Below are positions 38,801-50,800 of a stretch of 64,000 nucleotides of DNA, piece by piece; the first letter of the stretch is position 1, and each line of letters opens with the position of its first letter. Position numbers and translations under genes: made by a program. A model generated the notes under the pieces. It was given only the letters and a program-made list of their open reading frames with translations, was not told the origin of the DNA and made no database searches. The DNA lies in contig OZ116712.1 in assembly GCA_964199315.1 (NCBI GenBank), forward strand, positions 11,718,001-11,782,000, in the 5' to 3' direction. The DNA is from Orbicella franksi. Its lineage: Eukaryota.

Positions 38801-41800
38801 ACTGTAGTGATATTGGTAAGGATTTGGGTAACCCATATATTTTACTCTGACTCTCTCTTTCTTATGTTTTAACATTTTAAGTCCTTTCCTCATTGAATGT
38901 TTTTCATCTATGGTAGTCCACTTTTAGTTTTTGTCTTTGTTTGATTTGGCTTCCCTTAATTAAGAAAACAATAAGAACCAGACACATTGGAAGGGGAAAC
39001 CCACACATGTATCACTAGGGATTTGGATATCCCATACCTTTTGACATTTCTAGTTCTTATTCTCCCTTGAATCCCTTTTGTTTATTTAAGTTTACTTTAA
39101 CTTTTTATCTTTGGTCGATATGGCTACCCTTAATTCAGGAAATGGTAACAACCAAATGGATTGGAAGGGGATACCCATATTACAACTGCACTTGGGATTT
39201 GGGTATCCCACTGTCACATGACTGTAAATACAATTTTCGTATAGGACTTTGTTGCTTCACAACTCTGCCTATTACTAGAATATATTTTCTCCCAACTAGC
39301 TGCAACTGCTGTCTCAAAATTTCTTGCACATTAACTGTACATTTTAGTCCATATAGTACATATATTTTGCTTGCACACTGTACATTGAGAGGGACATGGG
39401 GGGGGGGGGGTCTGGACACCGCAACACTGCAAAAAAAAATTAACGAACACCGCATCACCACGAGAAAAGTCAACAAAACACCATCAGCACAGCACATATT
39501 TTTAGCGCCATGATTCATTCATCTGCACTTCAAGTAGAATAATAATTTAATACCTCAACAATTTTCCACAAAATAAACACATCACAACATTCTTCATTGC
39601 GCATATGTCAATACTGCTGATGCCTGTAAATCAGTTTTCTCGCTCTTGTGAAGAAACCTTGCGTGAAGCTACAAAGCGGACAAAGAAAAAAGAGAGGAGC
39701 CTCGAGAGATGGCCTTTACCCCAGATCCCTCTCTTCTTTTATATTGATATCTTCGATATTGATAATCGTTTGAAAAAAATAGATGGTCAAGAAAGTCACA
39801 GGACCTTGGAGCGGGTATGGACCGGTATCAGAATGACCTCAAGACAAAACCGACTAGCAAAAGGAAAAAAATAGTAAACGTGTGCAAGTTACAAAGCTTC
39901 CTTAGCCTAGAAAGCCTTCCTTCTTCTCTCGTAGAAAAAAACTGCGCAGTCAATAATACATTATATTCGGCCTTGGCATTTCCAGAATTTCCAAGATTGT
40001 TTCTGTCCTCGCTCCTCCCCGGAACACTGAGCTCCGGGTGGCATAGGTCAAGTTACTTGTCAAGTTATGTATAAATGAAAACAGCTTAGGATTGGTAGCC
40101 GAAGCATAGTAAAGATTGACTACAGACAGTGATGGTCTGTATTTTGTTACAAATTATTAACCTCAATGGTACATGATTGTCATAAGTTAGCATGGATTAA
40201 TGAAGTTTACATGCTAAATTTAGGTCAAATTTAGGTTTGAAAAAGGTAGATCAAAAATCCCAGCACCGCAAACAATTTCATTTCACCGAACACCACAGCG
40301 TGAAAAACACAAACATTGCACACCATAGGGTTTGAGATAAGCACAACACCGCAAGTTGAGATTTTATTCACCACATCACCACATTGAAATAACATCAATA
40401 CCGCAACACCTCAAATCCCCATGTCCCCCTCTACATTGTATGTGTAATGCAAATGTACATGTTTGGTCCTTATGAAGCTTTTAAATGTTATATCATCAGG
40501 TGGAGATGTACCAGTCCCATTCCTTTCAAATGCAGTGTTTATGACACACAAATGGTTTATTTCCTCCGAAGAGCTGCTTAGAAAGTTTATGCAAAGGTAT
40601 TAATTTCATCCTTTTATTCATTGCTATATGATTGTATGACTGAAGAGAAGAATTGGGAACATTCCCCATGAGGAGGGAGATACATGTAGTGCATTTTTGT
40701 TTGTGATTTAGGTATTAGTTTTTGGTGTAGTGTCTCAACATAATCTGCAGTATTGTATTTATAGCTGTTTTGGGTGGAGCAGTATGCTAGAGCTGCAATG
40801 AAATCGTTAATAAAGGATGGGTTACAGTGCGTTTACTGAAACCGGGGCCACCCAGACAATGAAAACCAATCAGATGGCAGAACTGAAACAATAGATTCCA
40901 ACATTTTCAAATCCAGCCAATGAAATGTCCCGTACAAAACAATGAAATCTAAACTTGTTCGTTGTGATGCTTATGCAATTATGGTGTCGCATAATAAATT
41001 GTCAAGCTCAAGCAGTACTTTCGCGTTAGAAAATACTGTGTTACTTTACTTTAGATTTCACATTTACAAGCGTGATAAACTCATTAGATCGACCGTTTTC
41101 CAGCTGTGAACATACGGCCACACAAAATATCACTTTTATGGTTGTTGTTTAAAATTTAGAATAATGGATTTTGACAATTTTTACAAAGTAAATTCCACTC
41201 CTGCTGTCTGTGCACGTTTCTATTTTTACACACCTTTCAGTTGTCCACTAGGCAGTTCTTGAAAAAACCATCCTGTTGACTGTCTCAGGAGCTCTACATT
41301 TCAGAGTTTGGGCTCCCTTTGTGGGTTATCAGTGTAGTGAAATAACATCTTCATGAAAATTCAAACGACTTTTTTTTGCTGCGTTGTACTATCAAAGCTT
41401 CAGCTTGTAAAATCACTCAAGCAAAAACAAAAGATGGACACAGGAGTTTACCCTGCATGGAAAAATCGAAGACATTTGAACAAAGAATTCATTTTTGTAT
41501 CAAGTTAACTTTTCAATTCTCCTGCTTGAAGTTTGCTTTCAGCTCCTTTCAGTTACATCAACAATAATCCCTTCCAATTCATACATTATGAACCTGCGTT
41601 CATGCGAAACTGCTCAGAGACCATTTGAAGGGTTTCTTTTAAACAGCTGCAACAACATTCACACAACGCACTCTGTTGTCAATATATATTTACAAGTCAC
41701 ACCCTTACGCAGCTATTATTTCCATGTATTTTCCAAACCAACCAACGATCCCATACAAAATGTAGCATACAATTCTTCTTGAACCCACAAGCACGCGAAA

Positions 41801-44800
41801 CTACTAATGGTTTGAGCTTGACAATTTATTATGCGACACCGTAATTGCTTAAGCATCACAACAAACAAGTCGAGATTTCATTGTCTTGTACCAAACATTT
41901 GATTGGCTGGAATTGAAAATGGGACATTTGATTGGCTGGATTTGAAAATGTTGGAATCTATTGTTTCAGTTCTGCCATCTGATTAGTTTTCATTGTCTGG
42001 GTGGCCCCGGTTTCAGTAAACACACTGTAACTCTAACTGGAACTTGCTGATGAGTGCTGAAATGTAACCCACAAAGTGCATGTACATAGATGTTGTCCTC
42101 AGATAAAGTATTCTTTTCATGAGAGTTACATTTTTTGCCTGATATGAGAAGTCTTGAAATTATTAGCTTTTTTCCAAACAGTATTCATTCCCTGAACACT
42201 TTTGCACTTTAGGTACTCCAACCATTCAGCACTAAACAATGAACATATCAGAAAATTCAAAAGAAGCATTTGCTCTGCTGTTGGGTAAGTATACCGAGAC
42301 CTTCCAAGAGGGGTAGCCATGTCACCATGTCCCCATGTCCCCATGTCACCATGTCGCCATGTCCCCGTGTCACCATGTCCCCATGTCCCCATGTCCCCAT
42401 GTTCCATCCTTTCTTGTACTGATGTCACCTAACCAGTGAGGCATAAAATGTCGCTGTTGTTTTTCTGCATGAAGTCATATGTCGCTGTCGTTTCAAGATT
42501 GATTTTTTTTTTGAGCTCATTCACTAGAAAAGCACACAAGTCTCTGACATTTACAGACTTTACAAGGTAATACGATTTCTAAAAAGGCAAAAAGTTAAGA
42601 AGGGTTGATGTCACTGTCTTTTCTAGTGCTTCTCGTGTTGCTGTCAAATTTTAGCGACACATTCAATTTGATTGTTGTTGATAATAGCAATTTGTGTGTT
42701 GCTTGTTTTTGGGGTCATGTCGCTTGCCTCTATACCCAGTACGTGCATTTATTTTACAATTGCAGACCCATTGCTACAAATATATCATTTATACATATTG
42801 TAGGTCAGAATGAAATTCCTTTGTCTCTTAACCCTAATTATTCATGAATCATGAATATTAGGGTTAGAAGACAATTGAAATTGATAATCAAACTGGGTTA
42901 AAATCATTTTAACCTGAATTTCATTTTGACCTACAACATATACATGTTGAAGTAATTAGGTACTGACTAAAATAATGTTGTATAGTAAATGAATGTCCCA
43001 TGTTCTCTTTTGTAATACAGTCAAACCTCTCCACAATAGCCACCTTGGGGACATGCTAGGAAAGTGGTCATTGTAGAGAGGTTGCAGTCAAGGGAAGGTG
43101 GGGGACTGCAATATACACCATTTTTTCCGGGGTTTGCAAAAAAAAAATGCTTATTGATGTAGCATATAAATATGTAGCACAATCAAAATGTATATCAATA
43201 CAAAACAGAAACGAAACAGAAACAGGTATAACAACATGCTGTACAGATTAGGTTTTGTGACCTTTTACACTAAAAAAGAAATTGGTGTTCAGAGGGGAGT
43301 GTATGGACACCATTCGTCAGTCACTGATTAGTACTGGCTATTGTTAAGAGGTTATTTTGGCAGTTAAGGGATGCACTTAAGTGGTCATTGCTGTTGTGAA
43401 GAGGTAACCACGGTAGGGAGGCTAAAATAAGTTAGAGTGAATGTACAATGCATTGACTGTCCTCAGGGCCAAAAAAAGTGTGCAGCTATTGTAGAGAGGT
43501 GACGTTATCCGGTTACTTTGTTCCATGGTCACTTCATTCCAAGTCACTTCATTCTATCCGTTAGTCACTTCGTTCCATCAAAGAGTCACTTTGTTCCAAA
43601 GAATAGTCCCTTCAATTTGTTCCAAGGGGAAACCTTACAAATCTTACCAATCTTACAGGGCTACTAAACACCTAACGCGGATAGAATGTCAATTCGATAC
43701 AAACTTCTAGTTTACTTACAAAAGTAAACTAGAAGAAATATCCCAATGAAAGTGTTTAATCTTTGCATCAGACCAAAAAGATCCCCAGGACTTGGAATTT
43801 GAAATTGCAGCAGACCATATCCCATCAGAGTTCCTGAGCACTGACATCAGATTGCAGAGTCAGAGACACCTAGTTTTCGCCACCGATCTGCAGTTCGAGT
43901 TCCTTGCCCGTTCAAAGTCTTGGTACGTTGATGCCACATTTATTAGCTGTGCTGTGGAGTAACTCGTTCGTAAATGAAGATTCAAAACAGACCAAGCATT
44001 CGTTAACTTCAAATTTTCGGAAAAATCTATCGAGAATAAAAGTTTAATAGTTTAAATATAGTTTGCCTCTGGAACGAAGTGACTATTCTTTGGAACGAAG
44101 TGACTATTTGGTGGAACGAAGTGACTCTTTGATGGAACAAAGTGACCGTAAACCGAGGTGACAGTTAGTAGAGGTTCCTCTGTATCATTCAGTATAAAGG
44201 CATGGGTGAGTGGGTTATTAAAGCGTTATTATTTGTGTAGAGCAGATTATTTTGATATTGAAATTTCTTTTCTTTGTTAGTTTGTTAACATAATCATTTT
44301 ATCGTCTTAGTTAAGTCTAATGTAAGTCCTCTGGGTTTTTTTTAAGTATTTTATGTACTGATAAGAGTTATTGTCTGTCAGTTACATTTCTAATTGAGTT
44401 AAACTCTTTTAGTGTCTAGTTACTTTTGTTGGAATATTCTATCACTTTTGACATTCCCATGTTTTAAATTTTACCAATATTTGCTAACAACATATGAATT
44501 TTGATGACCTCACAGAGATCAAACCGTCGCTTTTTTATCACTAGTTTCTAACAATTTAACCCATTTATTTCGAAATGCTTTTTTGTATGGACCTATGGAC
44601 ACTCATGTTTTATTTTACAGATTTTGGATATCCAGCTATGGTTCTGACTTCAAAAAAGATGAGCAACTCACCGCATTGTTGACTGAGTTTCATGAAAAAG
44701 TAGAATGTGAAGAGGAGAAAGATATCATTCATCTGTCCAATCTGTAAGAGCTACTATCAGTCACATATGTTATATGATTCCAGGAAATACCAAATGCCCA

Positions 44801-47800
44801 TGCTGAGGAAGGACGTTAGAAATTCTGATGGGGACTAGCACAGTTTCAAAACCCAAATCTGGAATTTCTGAGTGGTGGGGGTTCTTCTCAAAAAACTTCC
44901 CTGGGAAGGGTTGGCATGTTTTCTGGAATTTTGTACATCTAGTGTTTTTTACAAAAGTGCTCCCTTGGCTGTAGAATATTGAGTCATTTAAAGTGTGACA
45001 AGACGAGTAGGTCATTGACACCTCCAAGCTTTATAACTACTAGTCTTTGAAGCATGTCTACTTCCCCTATTAAAAAAAAGCTGCAACTGGGATAGCAATC
45101 TTGAGGCGAAATATTTCATGTTTAATTGCCACTAAATTTGTCATCCATGAGTTAATCTTTCTCAAATGAGCCATCCTTGTTTACAGTGCCGCTCAAAAGT
45201 AAGTCACCACCTCTCGTCTTGTGAGACAAGAGTCTCATCTCAAGAGATGAGAGACTGGTCGCGCAAGACCAGAGTCTCGTCTTGTGAGAACCAATGAAAC
45301 GTATATTTTGGAATAAATTACAGGCAATTGGCTTCCGAGGAAATAGTTAATTTCTCACAACGCATTTGTTGCAATGTATGCTTCGAGAAGTTCCCGATAA
45401 TACAGCGTCTTGAATTGAAACTTGCTTCGCTAGATTCAACACTGTCATTACAAACGAAGAACTTTAATGGATTGGAGTTATGAAGAAAAGAAGTTACAAG
45501 TATGAAGAAACAAACACCAAGATGTCAGCGAACTATTGTGTAACATTGCATCACACTGGTTGGTGAAATGTTCTACATGTAGTTTTAGGCTTTTATTGTG
45601 TTGAATTTCCATGTTACATGCGTGCAAGCGAATTGAAACGAAACTGTGTTTTGTAAGATCGGTACTATCGCCAGAATTAAACAAGCTGATTCGTTATGGA
45701 AAGCGCTTGATAAAGTTTCAATCTTTCTCCGATTACTCAGAGTTATTCCTCGGTGCATTGAATTTGCATTTCATGCCTGTGTGAGTCCATTGAACTGGAA
45801 CTCATTGTTTTCTTTACAGATAAAAAAAATTAAACTTGATCACATAACAAATTGAAAATGTGACTACACATTGTTTCATAACAAACACATGTGATTGGGA
45901 AAGACGTGTCGAAAGGAAAGGATTCTTTACGGCGACCAGAAAATTTGAAAGAAGTATTTCTCGCCAAGCTAGGCTATAGGCAGCAAGTGGAATGGGGCTC
46001 TTCATATAAAAAGATTAGCTGAGAAATATAGTTCAAAACTGAGCAAGTGAATGGGAGATGGGAATATTAATAAAACGTTACTCCAGTTTTGTAATACATA
46101 TTTATTACTATTACAATTTATACAGTATACTGCTACTAAGTGTAATACTTAGAATTATTGTTGATATACTACTACTTGTTACAACCAAGTGTACATGTAA
46201 TACTAAAAATCCTAAGCAAGCATACTATAAACTGTTTCATGTCCTTCAAGGTTAATACTAATAAGCAAAAACCTACAAATTTTTCGTATGACAATATATT
46301 TGAAAACATAATAAGTCAATAAAGCATGTGACAATGACAGATAAAGAAATTTTTCCTTGGAGAAAACATGTAGTTCAAACCAAATAAAATCCTGCAATTC
46401 AGCAAACTTAATTTCTAATTAACTACCTTTTCATGAACCCTACATTTCCCAAAAATTATTGTTGCCTGTTACCTTTTCCCAGTGCCCTGCGTAAATACTC
46501 GTCTATCGCGACAATGCACTTGCACCATTGTGCATCTTCCTGTGCTTGTCTGCAAGGATACAACTTAAACACATACTTTCTAACTATACCCAGCTTCCCT
46601 TGATCTAATAGCATTTCCCCCCTTGTCCCTGAACAATTTATTTCAGCCGTCCAGTCCCCAGGTTGAAAAATAGTTTCAACAATTCTCTTGCCAAGCTGAG
46701 TTTCAGACGCAAATGGGAACAGCCGAAGTTCAAGGGTCGTGCGAAACATCCCTACAAAGTCCATGTTTGGACTGGGATTTCTAAACGCGGTGCAACAAGG
46801 GTCCTTGTGTTTACTGGAAACATGCATGGACATCAAGTTTTACGTCAAAGAAATTCTCGGCAGAACCCTGCTTCCTTTCATCTGAGCAACATTTCCTGAC
46901 GGCCACAGATTCCAACAAGACAATGACCGGAAACACACTAGCAGGCTCAGGTGAAAGAATTCATGAAATCAAGTGGGATTTACTGGTGGAAGATGCCTCC
47001 CGACAGCCCTGACCTCAATCCCATAGAGATGCTATGGCATGAGCTAAAACATTTTCTGCAAACAATAGTAAAGCCCACAACTAAAGAGCAGCTACTCGAA
47101 GGAATAACGAGGTTCTGGAAGGAGAGGGTGACGGCTGAAAAGTGTACGATGTACATCAATCACTTGAAGAAGGTTGTCCCAATGGTGATCCAGCACCAAG
47201 GCCTTAGGGCACTGAAAACAAAACGGTTCTTTTTGAGAACAACAATGGCACCTTTAGGAGCCACATTCAATAAAAGTCATGACCAATGCAATCCAATCTC
47301 TTCCCTTCAAAAAACCCCTGTAAACTACTTTGAAGTATTCATACTACATGTTAGTCTGTTGATTCCAAATTCACTTAATTGTTGAATTTGCTTACATGTA
47401 GCAAGAAAGTTAAAGTCAGTTGAGCAATCTGAAACGGAAAAAAAGAGATGCTTTCAAAGTATAAACTGGCTTCCTATAAGTTTTACATGTGTTAGCAGAC
47501 GTTTAAAAGTCAAAGAACTAATGCTTTATTTTATCGAATTCTGTCAAAATCTGTGAGGGAGTTCAGTCGATCAATGGAATGCTTTTGGAGAATGCTAGGA
47601 CGAAACAGAAGTCTTTCAAAATATGGAAGAGGAAGAGCTTTATAGAAGTTTTAATTGCAAATGTTTATCCAGTCAAAAACCAAAAATTAACTGCTGTTGG
47701 TTATAAAATTTGTTTGTCGACCATACGTGGCAACAAACCACTTCTGTTCAGTCGATCAATTGAAACTCTGGAAACAAATGACGCTTTTAAAGTGCCTATG

Positions 47801-50800
47801 AAGTAAAAATAATTCCTGCTTATTTCAAAGTCTTTTCAAAGTAAAAAAGAATGGCATTTTCTTTTTTGGAATATCTTTTTTCGTTTTAGAGATACTCACA
47901 TTTTTGTATTATGCAAATGAGGAAAGTGATGACTTCGTAGGCGGTTCCTCTAAAACAGCACAACACTCAATCGAGAATAACTCTAGAAATATTCAAGCAG
48001 TGTTCTTCAAACTTGGCACCAGCAATGTACATCACAAAAGAAACTGAATGACACCTACGATGCTGTTGCCAAGGCAACACTCTTGGCTCTAGTCTCTTTC
48101 TCTGAAAAACCAAATATCCCCATTTGCAACCTTTTAAAGTGGGACAGAGGGTCTTACTCAGAACACACATGGTTCCCATATTGTCTTAACTCTCCCCATT
48201 AGATTGGTGGGAGTGGATGATCCTTGTTTAAGATAAAATCTGGGAATTTTAGTCTTTATTAAAACAGAACCAGCGGCATAACTGTTGTCATGGCAATGGC
48301 ATGACAGGTGTCATTATGTTTCTTTGTTCTGTACATTTCTGGTGCCAAGTTAAAAGAACACTGCTTTAATATTTCTAGAGTTATTCTCGATTGAGTGTTG
48401 TGCTGTTTTAGTGGAACCACCAATGACGTCATCACTTTCCTTACAAAAACGTAAATATCTCTCAAACGAAAAAAGATATTCCAAAAAGGAAAATGCCATT
48501 CTTTTTTACTTTGAAAAGCCTTTCAAATAAGCAGCAATTATTTTTTACTTCATAGGCACTTTAAACATGATCTAGATTTGAAAGAGTTCATAAACAAATG
48601 TTTACCCAGTAAAAGAAGCACATTGTAGTCCCTTAAATTAGTTGTGTTACTGAACACGCTAAGAAGCAAAGAGTCAATAACGCCTGTTGATCATCGATCT
48701 AAATGATCAATTTCGTCGACCTTGAAAATGTGAATGACACAAAAGCCAAGAACTGGCTGTACATATTTGCCTTCAAACATGAAACTGTTAAATATTTTCA
48801 TCACTGCTTTCTTCCAGGTCTACAAACCTTTCTAAATGACCGGTAAAAGTCAAGTTAATAACTTCAATATCCACAACTTTCGCTTTATATAATTGCCAAA
48901 AGAGGAAAACTTTCTTCGTACAGGTTTAAGCACTTTTCCTTAAACCCATGAATGACGTGAATTCCATTTAAATTAGAAAGCTTTGCAGCATATTCTTGGA
49001 TACGATTTTTGAGCCAAGTAGATTTGAAAAGTTTAAGAGTCAAATCTCAAGTGATTGTAATAAACAAACAACAGAGTTAGGCAAACACTTCGTTGGAGGG
49101 CACGAAGTTATGCTTGGCTAATTCTCTGCGTGCTTGCAAGTTCGCATTACAATAGGCTATTAAAATCTTGCGAGAAATTCAAGCAGTGGCGCTTACAGTT
49201 TTTTTAAGCTCTCGCAAGATGAGAATCTCGTCTTGCGAGATGGTGGTAACTTTTGAGCGGTACTGTAGTTTTGTCTTGTTAGACTGATTTCTGTGTAGGA
49301 AATCAATGTTTTCAGAGTCTTATTTGTGAGAAAATCATTTGGGTAGCCTTACTACTTTTTAGGAGCATACATGAGTGCAGAGCAAAACAAAAACAATCAT
49401 TATCAATAAAATTTAGGTACTTGTTGATGCACCAGCAGTAGTTTGTTAGTTCCTCGTGATCGTGGTGTGTTATTTCAATTTTGCAAACAGCTGTGCTGAG
49501 GGAATGAGGAATCGTGCTTTAAGTGGTCTTACAGGCACTGAGCACCCTCCCTTGGATCAACGGAAAAGTTCTTTGGCTTTCAAGGACATATCAGCTAACA
49601 CTATTGCAGAGCAACTAACATATCTTGAGTACAGAATGCTTCGTAGAATACCAGTAAGTATGCACATTTTGTATACAACCTGATGGTTTGTTTTCTCATG
49701 TTAAAATCTCAACTCTTCTGTAGGTTAGTATTTCAGTTGGCCCTCAGTGAGGTTAGTCAATGCAAGCCCTGAGTTCCAAACTCATTGAAACATGTTTAGA
49801 CTGCTAATATTTGGCCTCAACTCAGGAAAATGTATTCGTAAATGTACAAATAGTATGGTGATTGGAGACAAAAGAAATTTATAACCAAGACAACATATAA
49901 CAACATTTCCAGGGTTGAGGCTTCTACTGGATTGGTAATGGTGGTGCTCCTGTTTCTCAAAGATGGACAGTTTGGTTACTTGAGAAACCTCTTAAGTATG
50001 TTTTTTTTTCATCAGTGTTTATTTATTTTACTTAATACCAAAAAATAAATAGTGGTAAGCCCAGGCTAGCACTCATAGGAGACCACTGAGAAGATGAATG
50101 TATCAATCAGAATGTTCTGTGGGCTTGATGTGTGACATTTTCGATGGAGACCTTTATAGATTTTATTATCAATGTGGCTTGTGTTTGTGGCTGATATAAT
50201 GGTCATCCTGATTGGCTACTGCCAAGAGCAGTATTCTCCTGTAATGCCCACAGGCCGATTACAGGCCTGCAGAAACAAAGTAAAAAGCCATATAACAAAC
50301 TTTGAACTTTCTGTCTTTACCGGAAAGTCTCAAACCTTGGCCTTGCCGTGTTGACCTCACTATCACTCAATCAGTATATGGCAAGGTCTCGGTTTGAGAT
50401 TTTCCTATAAAAACTTCACTCTTGGTTTAATTGGTAGTTAATATGTAAATAACATTATTTATTAGTTTTCAGAGTGGAAGACTTATGTTTGCACTGGAAA
50501 ATTAGGGGAAACAACTTATCTTGAGAGATATGTAGCTCTTTTCAATGGCTTATCGCGTTGGGTACAAGCAATGGTTTTGAACTGTGTTACACCCCAGGAG
50601 AGAGCTTCCTGTATGGAAAAGTTTCAGCAAACAGCCAAAGTAAGTTATAATTTTCTCTTAAACAATCAGATACCCATACTCAAATACCTGGAAAAGCAAC
50701 TTGAAGTTCACGGTTTTGTGCAGTGGGGTAGGCAATCAAAAACCAGGTTGAGTAATGTTGACAGGGCATTGCTTAAGGTAGCACAGGCAACTGTTTCCCT

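Larger units (their letters stand above)
45184..49265. mobile_element. 4.1-kb Tc1/mariner-type element in RasGRP intron 4
   Basis: TA|CAGTGCCGCTCAAAAGT...ACTTTTGAGCGGTACTG|TA; TCTCGTCTTG(T/C)GAGA subterminal motif at both ends; contains a transposase pseudogene, a BEN-domain ORF and a nested TTAA element. Confidence 0.8.

Noticed and set aside
42126-42428. 100-aa ORF with HGDMGTWG repeats
   Set aside because: Translation of the 9-bp minisatellite, antisense to a real RasGRP exon.
43530-43625. Short regularly spaced GTCACTTCGTTCC repeats resembling a CRISPR array
   Set aside because: Repeats are ~13 bp with very short spacers, mirrored at the other end of a MULE, in eukaryotic DNA with no cas genes.
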